Assembly (NCBI GenBank): GCA_951406725.2
Contig: OX597829.1
Location: 41,788,001 to 41,852,000, forward strand
Length of the DNA: 64,000 nt
Source: Octopus vulgaris
Taxonomy: Eukaryota
Direction: 5' to 3'
The notes beneath the pieces are model-generated. The model did not search any database. It was not told the DNA's origin and saw nothing but the letters and a program-made list of their open reading frames with translations. Both the position numbers and the translations under genes were made by a program. Shown here piece after piece: positions 40,169 through 53,669 of the stretch (position 1 is the stretch's first letter; each line of letters opens with the position of its first letter).

Positions 40169-41452
40169 TTAAACAAATTTAGGGCATTTGTTATATATTC
40201 ATTAGGAGTTCAATACACAACAGCCATTTTCTCTCTGATCATCATCATCAGTTAGTGTAGGCCTTCCATGCTGGCATAGGCTGGATGATTTGACCTGTTC
40301 CAACAAATCGCAGGACAGATTTACCCCATTGTCTGCTTTCGCATGATTTCTATGGCTGGATTTTCTTCCTAGTGCCACCGACTTTACAGAATGTATGGGT
40401 TGCTTTTTGATATGGCACCAGCATTAGTTAAGACACTGAGTAACTTGGGAGGCAAGATCCCTTGGTTGAGTGGTGAAAGTGTAATACTGGGGGAGGCAGC
40501 TTTTGTGCCAGGTGTTTATAAGTTGTAGTATGATAGAGGAATAGAAACAGGTGATTAGTGGAAATAAAAAAAGAAAGGCAGTGCAGAGAGCAGCATTATA
40601 ATAACAATGTTGTAGAGAAATAGGGGCATGATGTGAAGTTTTTTAACTTGTTTCAGTCAGACTGCAGTCATGCTGGGGAATTTTATTCAAATAAATTGAT
40701 CTCAGTACATTTTTTTTTTTTAAGCTTGCTGCTTGCAAAGACCTGATGAGGCAAGTGAAATCGAAATTGATCAAAAATCAATGGAAGTTGTAGTTGTGAT
40801 ACCTATTTCTTTATTACCCACAAGGGGCTAAACATAGAGGGGACAAACAAGGACAGACATAGGTATTAAGCCGATTACATCGACCCCAGTGCGTAACTGG
40901 TACTTAATTTATCGACCCTGAAAGGATGAAAGGCAAGTCGACCTCGGCGGGATTTGAACTTAGAATGTAGCGACAGACAAAATACCGGTAAGCATTTCGC
41001 CCGGCGTGCTAACGTTTCTGCCAGCTCACCACCAATAGTTGTGATACCAGTGCCGGTGGCACATGAAAGAACCATCTGTACATGGCCGTTGCCAGCGCCG
41101 CCTCGACTGGCCTCCATGCCATTGGCACATAAAAAGCACCAACCGATCATGGCCATTGCCAGCCTCACCTGGCAACTGTGCCAGTGGCACGTAAAAAGCA
41201 CCCACTACACTCACAGAGTGGTTGGCGTTAGGAAGGGCATCCATCTGTTGAAACTCAGCCAGATCAGACTGGGCTTGGTGCAGCCTCCTGGCTTCCCAGA
41301 CCCCAGTCGGACCGTACAACCCATGCTATCATGGAAAGCAGACATTAAACAATGATGATGATGATGATACTTATTCTATCACACTCTTTATATATATATA
41401 TACACATGCATATATAGGGTATGATTAAGTATTTCACTTATATCTCACGTAT

Positions 41453-41513
41453 TTATCGCTGAAGAGGGGAAAATTCTTATGAATTAACCCCAAAATTGGG
41501 ACCAATACGGTAA
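41453..41513 (+). ncRNA. Type I hammerhead ribozyme motif (G12->A, probably inactive)
   Basis: ttatcg-CTGAAGA-gggg...cccc-(A)AAA-ttgg ga ccaa-TA-cggtaa. All three stems pair; there is a single core substitution at a CpG site. Confidence 0.7.
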
Positions 41514-42051
41514 TAACGGATTTTTTAGAAATTTCTATCGGTTTGTTTCGAGACGCATAAATTATAATGGTTATTGACAATTTTTGTCTTTTTTTTCAGC
41601 ATATTTGGCATTAGAATTTTTTCTTTTGCCCTTATTTTGTAAATTATTGATAAATTTAACCTTTAAAGGTATTTTTTGATATGTTGGCCATTGATAAAAT
41701 TTTTTTCCCGTAAAAAATTTTATCCTACATTAGTTATATATATATATATTTATAGGCAGAGGTAAAGAATACACACACCACCCGTTTTTGGTGTAACCCT
41801 AAACACTAGTGTGCATATTCTTTACTTCGCCTACACACACACACACACACACACAGCTTGGTGGTTAGGGTGTTGCACTTAAAGATGAGACAGCTGGGAC
41901 TTTTAGAACAGTGCAAGGACGTCCAATTTAAGGCCTGATATGACTCTCAATCAGCTTTTATAGCATCTGACCATATCTTTGGTCTGCTGCTTCTACACTT
42001 AACCTTCCTTTTACATTTCTTTGCACTTCTTTACCTGTTTCTTATAATCCA

Positions 42052-42446
42052 CTAGCAGTATCGCCCGGCGTTGCTCGGGCTTGTAAGGGAAATAACTATA
42101 TAAGCATTTTTAGAGATGTAAAGTATAATAGCCATCTCAATATGGCTAACCACAAAGGGGGGGGTTACTGTAGCTTTTTACGTTCTGAGATTTAATAATA
42201 AACTTTTAGAGAGTTACTTCCCTCATAATATGCCAAAAATGCATTAAAATGGGAAAAATTGATGGTAAATTTTTTTTTAAATCATAGACTCATCGTAGAC
42301 GCGCGCTAATACCCAGAAGGGCTCGATATGAATCACGACTATAAGATACCCTGTTTTGGTTAAACTGCACCGCAAAATGTGGGAGTAGTTAGGAATCTAA
42401 ATCGTAGGAGACAGACAGTACACAACCTCACTTTTATAAATAAAGA
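42052..42446 (-). mobile_element. Non-autonomous Helitron
   Basis: Minus strand A|TC ... gcccgagcaacgccgggc hairpin ... CTAG|T. Confidence 0.75.
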
Positions 42447-42847
42447 TATGCATTAAATTCCGGTTGCATGCTATAAACATCTGTTTTCCTTTATACCCAG
42501 TCTATTTTTCGATTCATCTGTATTCCATCCCTCAGCCTAGTAACCTTACGGTATTTCTCTCTAATTTTAGACTTCTATGTTCAGTATCCTATCATACAGC
42601 ATTCACTATCATCATACAGTTCCTCTATCATAAAACATCAGACTCCCACACAGTCAAGAGATAATCTACTCTTCACTAGAAGAGAGAATTCCTTTGAGGT
42701 TAGCAAAGATAATAGCTCCTCCTTCAACCTCTGTTCTTATTCTCACAGCTATGCTTTCTGAGGACACCACTTCATAACTGTTTAGATTATCTTGATAAGG
42801 GAAGTTAACTATTCTTATGGAACCTTCCAAGCTTTAAAACAAATTTT

Positions 42848-43266
42848 GGATCTTTTCAGTTTGAACGGCAATTTTTAATATAATTTCTAGGTAACTAAAC
42901 ACTTTTAAACTTCGTATACTGGTAGAATGTGTTTATAAAACATATTTTTCTCTTGGCTTTATTGAGAAAATTCTATAGTTTGTAAGATATTTGTTGTTTT
43001 TTCTTCAATTTCTGCAATTTCAACCAATCACTGATGTCCATTGAGGTAAACAACATTCTGTGCCGTATGAATATGTCCCTCATTTAAGAAACAGATTGGG
43101 TTTATTTACATTTGTGAAGAAAAAAGATACCCTTCTCCCACCCCTAACCCTAACCCTAACCCTAAAACAGATTGAAATGCAATAGATCGATACTAGGGTC
43201 ATAATTATGGGTGACAATTTCATATGACACCGCTAGAAAAAACTGCCGTTCAAACCAAAAAGATCC
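42848..43266 (+). mobile_element. MITE family T copy
   Basis: Same TIRs; TSD caaatttt. Confidence 0.85.
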
Positions 43267-43944
43267 CAAATTTTTATTACTTCTGTTCAAACAACTAACT
43301 ACTTCTGTATATCTGCTTCATACAAAGTCTGTGTTCATTTTCAGCTTGCATGTAATCCCAGCACACCTTTTCTGCATGTACAGTGCTTCTCTCTACTTCT
43401 TTTCTTCATATCAAAAATAGCTATTTACTTAATAGATCCTGTTTTTGTTTCAACTTACTAAAATTTTAGTCTTCACTTTGAAGCCTTTCCTTATCTAGAA
43501 TTTCTTTTTTTACTCTCTAAACTAGTTTTTAAACAGCAAATGGCCACGGGGATCCACCAGAATAAAATAATAATGAAAGGGGTCCATAGATAATAGATGT
43601 TTGAGAATCCTTGATTTAGTATATCACTTAGTGGCATAACATAGTTCTTTGTTGATTTCTTTTCCCTAGTCTTTAAATGACTGTCTTTTAGTATTTATGG
43701 CTTTATGAACAGTTGTATTACACCACCAGTTTGGTGCGATTCAAAGTGAACTAAGAAATATCTCCAGAACACAAGATGCCTACAAAAAGAATGCTAAGAA
43801 GAAATATTATCAGAGAAAATCTTATATTCAACTGTTGGATAATGAAAGAAAAAACATAAAAATTCGGTAAATTTTTATATTAACACCCACACGATTTTCA
43901 CTAAGACAAAAAAAAGCTCAAATTTTTTGCGTGGAATCAAAGTA

Positions 43945-44563
43945 TATGATCAAGAGCCCTATCTCTCCACACCTTGAATACTGCTGCCCACTGTGGTCTC
44001 CCCATACAAGACAAAACATCTCCAGGATTGAGTCACCCCAGAGGGCACTCACTAAACGAATTGAAGGCATGGCTGCTCTCGATTATTGGGATAGCCTTAA
44101 AACCTTGAAACTCTACTCTCTCCAGCGTCGCCGTGAGCGGTACATCATTTGTACGATGTGGAGAATATACCGCCAACTTTGCCCAAACGACCTTAACATT
44201 AGCTTCAAGGTTCATCCAAGACTGGGACCACGGGCCATACGTCCCCTGCCCAATTCAAGATCACAACATACATGTACACTGCAACATAATTTCTTTTCCT
44301 CAACAGGCCCTGCCCTATTTAACATTGACCCGAAAGAGATCAAAGAGGAAAAGGGTCCCATCAACTTTAAACGGAGTCTGGATAGATTCCTTCAAGGAAT
44401 ACCAGATAAGCCACCCATAATTGGATACTACTCACCCAACAAGAACTCACTACTTGAACAAAACTTGACTTAAACAGGATTCACATATTCCTATCAGGTG
44501 GTGCTATTAAGTTAGACATGGCCTGGATCAATCTTTGGTCGAAACATATCTAAGTTATCTAAG
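43945..44563 (+). mobile_element. CR1/L2-group LINE 3' end
   Basis: HLEYCCPLWSPH...QRALTKRIEG...YSLQRRRERY; ends in tatctaagttatctaag tandem tail. Confidence 0.85.
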
Positions 44564-44785
44564 ACATCCGGTAATTATGAGCCTGATTAAACAGTTGATG
44601 CAACTGTTCCTTGTGGAATGATTGAACATTAAGAATATGATGACCGGTCAAACCTGAGTGAACAGGAGGTGTGAACAAGTATGGAGCAGGTTGAGCAACA
44701 GCCTGGTCCTTCTTGGCCAGAAGATCGTTACTAGGTAACGCACTTCCAGTATACTCTCTGAGGATAGGTTTGTGATGATAAACAG
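44562..44785 (-). pseudogene. CAD: Orphan fragment of CAD (linker and start of the aspartate transcarbamylase domain)
   Basis: HSGLTGHHILNVQSFHKEQLHQLFNQAHNYRMS resembles human CAD [32 protein letters not shown] (recalled sequence). No splice sites or other CAD exons are visible. Confidence 0.75.
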
Positions 44786-46821
44786 TCAAGTACTCTGACC
44801 TCCTAATATGCTGCAGATCCTTTATTTTGGTTCAGAAAAAGGAGGTGAGAGGGGGAAAAATGTTTTTTTTTTCTTAAACACTCAAGATATAGTCTATAAA
44901 TTTAGGATGTTTTTGAAAGATACTATATTTTATCATTAGAATATATATACTTTCTCGCACAACAATTAAGATATATTTATTTTAAATTGTTCATCTTTCT
45001 CCCGCTCTCACACACAAAAATTAGTTTGAGCGCGATTTTTACTAATTTAATTTTTTATTTAATGAAAGTCGTGCAGGTGAAAAGATCGCGGGGGCAGGGG
45101 ATTTTCTGGGGCTTCCACCTCACCCCACTTCGTTTTTCGGACCCCAAAAAGAGTTTTTGTAGTATATCAGGTGGTCATAGGGAATTCATTTAACGACAAA
45201 TAGAAAAAAAATTTCAGTGATTCTGGGATTGGAAGGATGGCAGTCCCCCCCCCCTGCCTTCTTCCGAACCAAAACAAGGAATTTGCAGCATATCAGGAGG
45301 TGAGGGTACTTGATTCCACGCAAAAAATCTGAGTTTTCTTTTTCCTTTCTTTCTTAGTGAAAATCGTGCAGGTTACCCTAGTGGGACCCACCAACCTTCC
45401 ATGAAATGGAAAAACATTAAGAGGACCCATTTAAGAAAGAAGGGGTGTTTTTCATATTTATACCATTCATATTTCAGCTTTCTTTAAATACTCTTGATGT
45501 TCATCTACATTCATTTTCTCATGTCTCTGTCGGTGTTGTCTTTTCCTTTTTTTAGTATATTTTCTTGCTGTTCCTCTCTGATTCATGCTCCAATCTGCGC
45601 ATCCTTTCTCATGCAGCTGGTAGCCATGCTTCTTGGGAATACAAAGTTTAGGTTAAATTAACCCTTACTCTTTTACTCTTTTACTTGTTTCAGTCATTTG
45701 ACTGTGGTCATGCTGGAGCACCGCCTTTAGTCGAGCAAATCGACCCCGGGACTTATTCTTTGTAAGCCCAGTACTTATTCTATTGGTGTCTTTTGCTGAA
45801 CTGCTAAGTTACGGGGACGTAAACACACCAGCATCGGTTGTCAAGCAATGCTAGGGGGACAAACACAGACACACAAACATACACACAAACATATATATAC
45901 ATATACATATATACGACAGGCCTCTTTCAGACTCCGTCTACCAAATCCACCCACAAGGCATTGGTCGGTCCGGGGCTATAGCAGAAGACACTTGCCCAAG
46001 ATGCCACGCAGTGGGACTGAACCCAGAACCATGTGGTTGGTAAGCAAGCTACATACCACACAGCCACTCCTGCACCTATAAACAAATATTAGTTTTTTCT
46101 TAAGTGAGCAGACAATAATTAATTGCACTTATGCACATGATTTAAGTGATGGTCATCATCATCATCGTTTAAAGTCTGTTTTTCCATGCTAGCATGGGTT
46201 GGACAGTTCAACCGGGGTCTGGGAAGCCAGGAGGCTGCACCAGGCTCCAGTCTGATCTGGCAGTGTTTCTACAGCTGGATGCCCTTCCTAATGCCAACCA
46301 CTCCGTGAGTATAGTGGGTGCTTTTTACATGCCACCGGCACAGGTGCCAGGGGAGGCTGGCAACAGTCACAGTCAGTTGGCGCTTTTTACGTGCCACCGA
46401 CACGGAAGCCAGTCAAGGTGGTGCTGGCATCGACCATGTATGGATGGTGCTCTTTACGTGCCACTGGTACAGGTGCCAGGGGAGGCTGGCAACGGCCATG
46501 ATTGGTTGGTGCTTTTTACGTGCCACTGGTACGGAAGCCAGTCAAGGTGGCGCTCGTATTGGCTGCATATGGATGGTGCTTTTTTATAAACAAATATTGA
46601 TTTTTTTTAAGTGAGCAGATAATAATTAATTGCACTTATGCACATGATTTAAGTGATGGTCACTATATAAAAAAAATTAGTTAAATAAAAAAAAGTACTT
46701 TCTACTGTCAATAAATCACCACCACCACTGCCATCATCTGCCTCTCTCGTGCTCTCAATATAATTGCCTCTCCTATTCATCTCTCTCTATCTTTCCCTAC
46801 AGCTAACTTTTTAACCACATA

Positions 46822-47342
46822 ATCGTTAGCACGCCGGGCAAAATTCTCAGTGGTATTTCGTCTGCTGCTACGTTCTGAGTTCAAATTCCACCAAGGTCGA
46901 CTTTGCCTTTCATCCTTTCGGGGTTGATTAAATAAGTACCAGTTACGCACTGGGGTCGATGTAATCGACTTAATCCATTTGTCTATCCTTGTTTGTCTTC
47001 TCTGTGTTTAGCCCCTTGTGGGTAGTAAAGAAATAGTTATTTCGTCTGCCGCTACGTTCTGAGTTCAAATTCCGGCAAGGTCGACTTTGCCTTTCATCCT
47101 TTCGGGGTTGATTAAATAAGTACCAGTTACGCACTGGGGTCGATATAATCAACTTAATCCATTTGTCTGTCCTTGTTTGTCCCCTTCTGTGTTTAGCCCC
47201 TTGTGGGTAGTAAAGAAATAGGTTGGCATTAGGAAAGGCATCCAGCCATAGAAACCATGCCAAAACTGACACTAGACTCAATACAGCCCATCAGCTCACT
47301 GGATGTTGTCAAATAGCCCCTTGTGGGTAGTAAAGAAATAGG
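46822..47342 (+). mobile_element. S1 SINE dimer plus captured 94-nt flank plus extra S1 tail
   Basis: Two bodies; 47221-47314 is the reverse complement of 6908-7001; followed by agccccttgtgggtagtaaagaaatagg. Confidence 0.8.
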
Positions 47343-47595
47343 TATTCCTTCCCCACCTGACCACAAGTTGTTAACACTTCTCTTTCCATCTTTTTCTCAC
47401 ATTCTTTGCTTCCTTCTACCTTCAGTTTGACCATTTGGCCTAAGTGTATTAATATTAGTCATCTTTCTCTACTTCTTCCTATCTTCTTTCTTCACTCCTC
47501 CCTCACAATCTCTCTCCCTTTCTCTCACTCACTCTTACCCCACCTCTGTAACTAATGTATAACAGGCAAACAAACAAACACATTATATAGATCTA

Positions 47596-49640
47596 CTAGC
47601 AGTATAGCCTGGCATTGCCCGGGTTTAAGTTAGGCATATTAAGCTGATCAAGCGCTTTGTTTCAAACCAAACTAAGTAACACAGTCGTTATATTTGAGCG
47701 AAATCCATTGAAATTGGTAAACGTGTGGCTGAAAATGGGTTGCAGACAATTTGATTTGGAAATCCCATAAAGAATCGGTTTATCAATTTTTTCCACTCAT
47801 CAGTTTTTTGGGTTTTTTTTTTTGAAAACTTAAAGCATTCAATGATCTTATGAGTCTATGAGTCCTAAATAACACCGGCATCAAGTTTGAACAAAATATG
47901 TCAAAATTGGTAAAAATTCTGGTTGAAAATGGGGTGTAGCCAATTTTAGTGGGAAATCCTATAAGGAATCGGTTTATCAATTTTTCACCCCAAATAAGAC
48001 TTAACCGAACACAACATTGCTGATTCAAAAAAATCTATATTTATACTTTAAAGTTGGTTTTCTGCAGGATCAATGTTGTGACGGGAACGCATGGGTGATC
48101 AGGTTGCACATGCCGGCCTTTTCGAAACCCCTCCCCACCATCTAAACCCCCTTCACCCATGGGTTGAGAGCCCTTCCAGCAAGGAAAATAGAATGCCCAA
48201 AAGGCCTCCCGATCCTCTGTATCAGAAGAGGTTATGTTCAGATCACAACTAAGCCTTCACCTAAGCCTAAGCTAACATAGCGAAAGGGGGCTCAGGAACC
48301 TCTAAAAGGCAGTGACTAATCTCGATTTAGTCCTAACCCCTCCTAGGGGTACAATTAGTCAAGGCTGCATTGAAGATATGCATTGGAGAAGGTTGCCTTG
48401 GCGATCTGCATTGGAGAAGGTTGCATCGAAGGTTTGCACTGGCTAAGGATGCATTGAAGGTTTGCATTGGAGTAACTTAGGAAAACTTACCAACAGCTTA
48501 AAAAAATAAGAGGCCTGGCCCTTCTAGCCTAACTCTATGAGCAACCTGGCCAAGTGCTGATATAGGCCAAGTAAGCATTGTTGTCGGAGAAGTCAGCATT
48601 GTCCAATAAAGAAGATGAAGAGTCCATGAGTCATGTTGCCATGGTTTGAGAATATGTCCGGCCAATGCTTCCAGATCACCTGTTTAAAGAAACATCAGTT
48701 GCAATGATGACTTGTTCTTTCTACATCTATAAAACTTTGCTATAGACAACATTGTGTTCTGCCCTGAGGAGCATACACAGAAAGAGCGTTTCTACTCCCC
48801 ACACAGGAGCAGGCCACATAAAGTTGCCGATGTGAAAAGCACGGCTCCCCCAAATAGATGCCTGCCACCGATAGTGTTTGGCCTTGGGATTTGTTGATGG
48901 ACGTGGCAAAGCATGGCCTCAGTGGGAACTGCAATCTGCAGAAGTTAAATGACATGTCTGACCCTGAGGGATAAAGGTGCATCCTTCAAATGCAAACATT
49001 TCCCCCTTCCTGCACCCTGTAACAATGATAACCTCAATAAAGTGGAGCGTCAAGGACTTGACTACCAAGTGGGTCCCATTGCACAGTTTAACCCTTTTGT
49101 TACCAACCCGGCTTTTGTTACCAACTCTGGCTCTGAGTACAAATGTCCTGTTTTCAAAAGTTTTGAATTAAAATCTTCCACCAAACCTTAGTCACAATTT
49201 ATGTTCCTAATACTAGCTGAATGATAACCAAGTCATTTTACTAAATTCTTTGTTATATTTATAGTAATTGAAAGAAACACAAAGCATCTCAAAATAAATA
49301 CAGTAACAAAAGGGTTAAGTGGATAAAGCATGTATTCTTTATCCCATTTGAGTTTTATTGAATGATTGTGTAAAATTTTCTTAACAATAGGATATATTGT
49401 AAGTCTACACACACACACTTGGTGTTATAGTTATTGTGATGCATGTACTCTTTATCCCATTTAGGTTGTTGTTTTGAGTGAAAACGTCCCGTTTGAGGTG
49501 TTCCACTCATTGGATGGTAGGTTTTTATGAGGTGGGGATTAAAGCTGTGATTTATTTCTGGTATCATAATATCATCGAAGATTTTATGGCAGGAGATAAG
49601 TTTCAGCAAACTTGAATAGCATGTTCGGGACTCATTTCTA
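47596..49640 (-). mobile_element. Helitron relic with PIF1-helicase C-terminal fragment
   Basis: RLQFPLRPCFATSINKSQGQTL...GEPCFSHRQLYVACS (48740-48982); 3' hairpin plus CTAG|T end at 47596; interrupted by a TTAA MITE at 49092-49314. The 5' boundary is uncertain. Confidence 0.75.
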
Positions 49641-50259
49641 ATGTTGAAATGCTACATACAAAAAAAAAAAATGCTTTAAATCACATAGGAAGAAAAACAG
49701 CTACAGCATGAAGTCATTGATTTGCTTCGACCACCAAGAAAGCAAAATTATGTACAGAGAATATCATAAACAGAAATGAATGGTGCATTTTACGTGTCAC
49801 CAGCACAAGTGCCAATCAGGTGACACTGGTATTGGCTACGCTCGAATGGTGCATTTTACATGCCAGTCAGGTTGTACTGGCATCAGCCACAACTACAATT
49901 TCACTTGGTTCAACAGGTCTTTACAAGCACGGCATATTACCCAATGATTGAAGGGTGCTTTTAAAGGCGGCAATCTGGCAGAAACGTTAGCACACCAGGC
50001 GAAATGCGTAGCCATATTTTGTCTGCTGTTACAATCTCAGTTCAAATTCCACCGAGGCCAACTTTGCCTTTCATCCTTTCAGGGTCGATAAATTAAGTAC
50101 CAGTTACGCCCTGGGGTCGATATAATTGACTTAATCCGTTTGTCTGTCCTTGTTTGTCCCCTCTGTGTTTACCCCCTTGTGGGTAGTAAAGAAATAGAAG
50201 GGTGCTTTTAAACAGGCAGGTTATGCAACACTGGCATCAGCCATGACTACGATCTCACT

Positions 50260-51137
50260 TGGTTTGCCAAGTCTTCTCAAACATATCTCCAAAGGTTTCA
50301 GTCACTCGTCATTGCCTCTGTGAGGCCCAACGTTTGAAGGCTGTGCTTCACCATTTCATCCCATGTCTTCTTCAGGTTCCCTCCACTGTTTAGGTACGAC
50401 ACTTCCTCACACAGCTGTCCTCATCCATACACATCACATGGCTCTACCAGCATAGTCATCTCTCTTGCACACCACATCTGATGCTCCTTATGTCCAACTT
50501 TTCTCTCGGGGCACTTACACTCTGTCGTGTATGCACACTGACATTGCACATCCAGTGGAGCATACTAGCTTCATTTCTTTCAAGCCTATGCATGTGCTCA
50601 GCAGTCACAGCCTATGTTTCACTGCTGAGTAGCATGGCTGTTTGCATATAGGCATTACACGGTCTATCTTTCACTCTGAGCAAGAGGCCCATTGTTATCA
50701 GCAGAGGTAGGAACTCTGAACTTTGCCCAAGCTATTCTTATTCTAGCAGCTACACTCTCAGAGCACACACCCCCACCGCTTCTGACTTGATCACCTAGTT
50801 AATGGAAGCTGTCAACTACTGGTAGTTTTTTCCCCTGGAATGTGATGGAATCTGTTTTCTGTACATCTCCAGTGTTTATTGCACCTGGGCATCTGCCACA
50901 TACAAAACCTATCTTCCCAGTTAGCCTTCCTTTGATGTTGCTGCACCTCTTATGGGTCCATAGCTTATTACATCAGGTGCATCTTATGGCTTTTCTACCT
51001 GCACCTTTTCTACAGATCGAGCAGGGCCATCTACTTGAAAAGATTTGTGATTTTTCCACCTTCCTACTTACCAAGAATTTGGTTTTTGCTAGCTTAACTC
51101 TAAGGCCCTTCGATTCTAGACCTTGCTTCCACACCTG
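50260..51137 (-). mobile_element. RTE-clade LINE fragment, same family as 29877-31380
   Basis: Reverse complement encodes QVWKQGLESKGLRVKLAKTK...GRWPCSICRKG. Confidence 0.85.
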
Positions 51138-51659
51138 AAATATATATATATATATAGTGTGTGTGTGTGTGATTTTAATTGTGTCAGTACTGTCCCGATA
51201 CCTATTTTGTAAACTCTGGATGAATGAATATCGAAGACATCCTTAGTTTGATTTGAGCTCGCAACGAACTGAAACGGTTGCAAGTAATTCAGCTTATTAA
51301 TAAAAGTACCCTTGATAATTAAATTAGGATACGGTGACCTTTTTTTTTCATCATTATTAATATTATTTAGTTTATTGCAATATTGTTGTTCTTCAGGGTA
51401 GGGTAGATAACTCCGTTGTTCTGACCAGCAAATTTAAAATCAGTTACAAGAATCACAAAATTAACTAATTTCATAAAAAGTTTCCTTTATTTTAAACTTT
51501 TTACAGAATTTTTTCCCCAAAAATATGCAAAAAAAGATTATGATTCTGAAAAAAATTTCCAAAAATCTTCGTAAAATTTTTTTTAAAGATTTTTTTTCTA
51601 AATATGCAGAAAAATATGGACATCATGGTTCAGAACTTGGGGATCGTGAAAGCCATTTA

Positions 51660-51828
51660 AAGTAGACCTCACACATGGTTCCAGCAAGATGGAGCAACTG
51701 CTCATACCACAAGAGAAAGAATGCAGTTGCTATGGCAGTACTTTGGAGAGAGAATAGTCTCCCGCTGTGGCAATGTCAACTGGTTTTCACGTTCTCCAGA
51801 CTAGACTAGCCCGGATTTTTTCTTATGT
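51660..51828 (+). pseudogene. Tc1/mariner-superfamily transposase fragment
   Basis: WFQQDGATAHT...IVSRCGNVNWFSRSPD*TSPDFFL. Confidence 0.75.
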
Positions 51829-52022
51829 GATGTAATGCTGTTGCAAAATTTGACTGGTGGCATCACTACAATCATCGTATACCATCCATGTTCCATGTTG
51901 GAATGGTTTGACTGGATTCACACCAGTGGGTTCAAGTGTTTGCTTTGGCATTGTTTCTACAGTTGGATGCCCTTCCTAATGCCAACCACTTTACATTGTG
52001 TATGCTGAATACTTTTATATGT

Positions 52023-52613
52023 TATTTCTTTACTGCCCACAAGGGGCTAAACACAGAGGAGATAAACAAGGACAGACAAACGGATTAAGTCGATTATATC
52101 GACCCCAGTGCGTAACTGGTACTTATTTAATCGACCCCGAAAGGATGAAAGGCAAAGTCGACCTTGCCGGAATTTGAACTCAGAACGTAGTGGCAGACGA
52201 AATACCAATTTCTTTACTACCTACAAAGGGCTAAACACAGAGAGGACAGACAAATGGATTAAGTCGATTATATCGACCCCAATGCGTAACTGGTACTTAT
52301 TTAATCGACCCCGAAAGGATGAAAGGCAAAGTCGACCTTGCCGGAATTTGAACTCAGAACGTAGCGGCAGACGAAATAACTATTTCTTTACTACCCACAA
52401 GGGGCTAAACACAGAGGAGATAAACAAGGACAGACAAATGAATTAAGTCGATTATATCGACCCCAGTGCATAACTGGTACTTATTTAATCAACCACCCGA
52501 AAGGATGAAAGGCAAAGTCGACCTCGGCGGAATTTGAACTCAGAACATAGTGGCAGACGAAATACCGCTAAGCATTTCGCCCAGTGTGCTAACGATTCTG
52601 CCAGCTCACCGCC
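52023..52613 (-). mobile_element. S1 SINE trimer (one head, three bodies)
   Basis: Three tandem bodies with a single head at ~52570-52613. Confidence 0.85.
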
Positions 52614-52745
52614 TTATATATGCCACCAGAACAACTGAGGTTACCATACAGTTTGCAAGACCATAACCTCCTATTATGAGAGAAGGTGGAATGTGGAGTG
52701 GCAAAGCAAGTTCTTGTAAAAGAGCAGCATGGTTACTTACACATA

Positions 52746-52941
52746 CAAGGAGGTGGTGAAAAGTTCCTGGCTTTGGGTAAATGAAAAACAGGAGGATCAG
52801 TTAATTATGATTTTATTTAATATATTCCCCTCTCAGATTCACACTCATTGCAGCAGTCCTGTAAAAGAACTTAGAAGTGTGGGCCTCCAACCAGACCTTT
52901 CGTGATACCCTTGGAGACAGGAACTTTTCAGCACCCCCTTG
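52746..52941. mobile_element. mariner-type MITE
   Basis: TIR caaggaggtggtgaaaagttcctg / caggaacttttcagcacccccttg after TA. Confidence 0.6.
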
Positions 52942-53316
52942 TGGTATGGAAGAAAATGGATGAACAGTAGAAGCTGGAGACAGATAATAGAGATGAAGTG
53001 ATCAGAATGTCCCTCCCAAGTTGAAGTTCAGCAAGCGAAAATTCCTTTAATAAAAACAAGAAAATAATTCTCATTACAATAATATCAATTTTGGCATATG
53101 AGACATTGAGGAATCTCTATGCTAAAAATAGCAGCTAAAAACCATGTTTGTAAAATTTAACTACAATGACCAAGTTTAAAATCAGCGAGTCACAGTCGAA
53201 CGTTTCCTCTTGGAAACGACAATGAAGGTCATTCATATTTGGATACCAAGCCAACAATGCTAAAATAGTGTCACTGTAAAGACACACAGAGATAAACAGA
53301 CAGATAGACACACACG

Positions 53317-53347
<31 letters not shown>

Positions 53348-53587
53348 GAACACACGAACACATACGCACACTGTTAGACAGGTAGATAAATTGATCCAGA
53401 CACACAGACAGATAGATAGACAGGTGTGCAGGCATGACTGTGTGGTAAGAAGTTTGCTTCCCAATCAGATGGTTCCGGGTTCAGTCCCACTGCATGGCAC
53501 CTTGAGCAAGTGTCTTCTACTAATAGCTTTGGGGCAGCCAAAGCATTGTGAGTGGTAGATTGAAACTAAAAGAAGCTCGTCTGTTGT

Positions 53588-53669
<82 letters not shown>

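Larger units (their letters stand above)
43885..45378. mobile_element. Long-TIR MITE whose left arm is split by the LINE/CAD insert
   Basis: cacgattttcactaaga...ttttttgcgtggaatcaa plus gtactctgacctcctaatatgctgca is the reverse complement of the intact right arm at ~45250-45370. Confidence 0.7.

Noticed and set aside
40741-40775. CTGATGAGGC...GAAA hammerhead-like string
   Set aside because: A point variant of the repeat motif gacctgttgaggcaagtgaaa seen elsewhere in the window; no stems form.
46822-52613. CRISPR-like repeat-spacer array
   Set aside because: The repeats are SINE bodies in a eukaryotic context, with no regular spacers and no cas genes.
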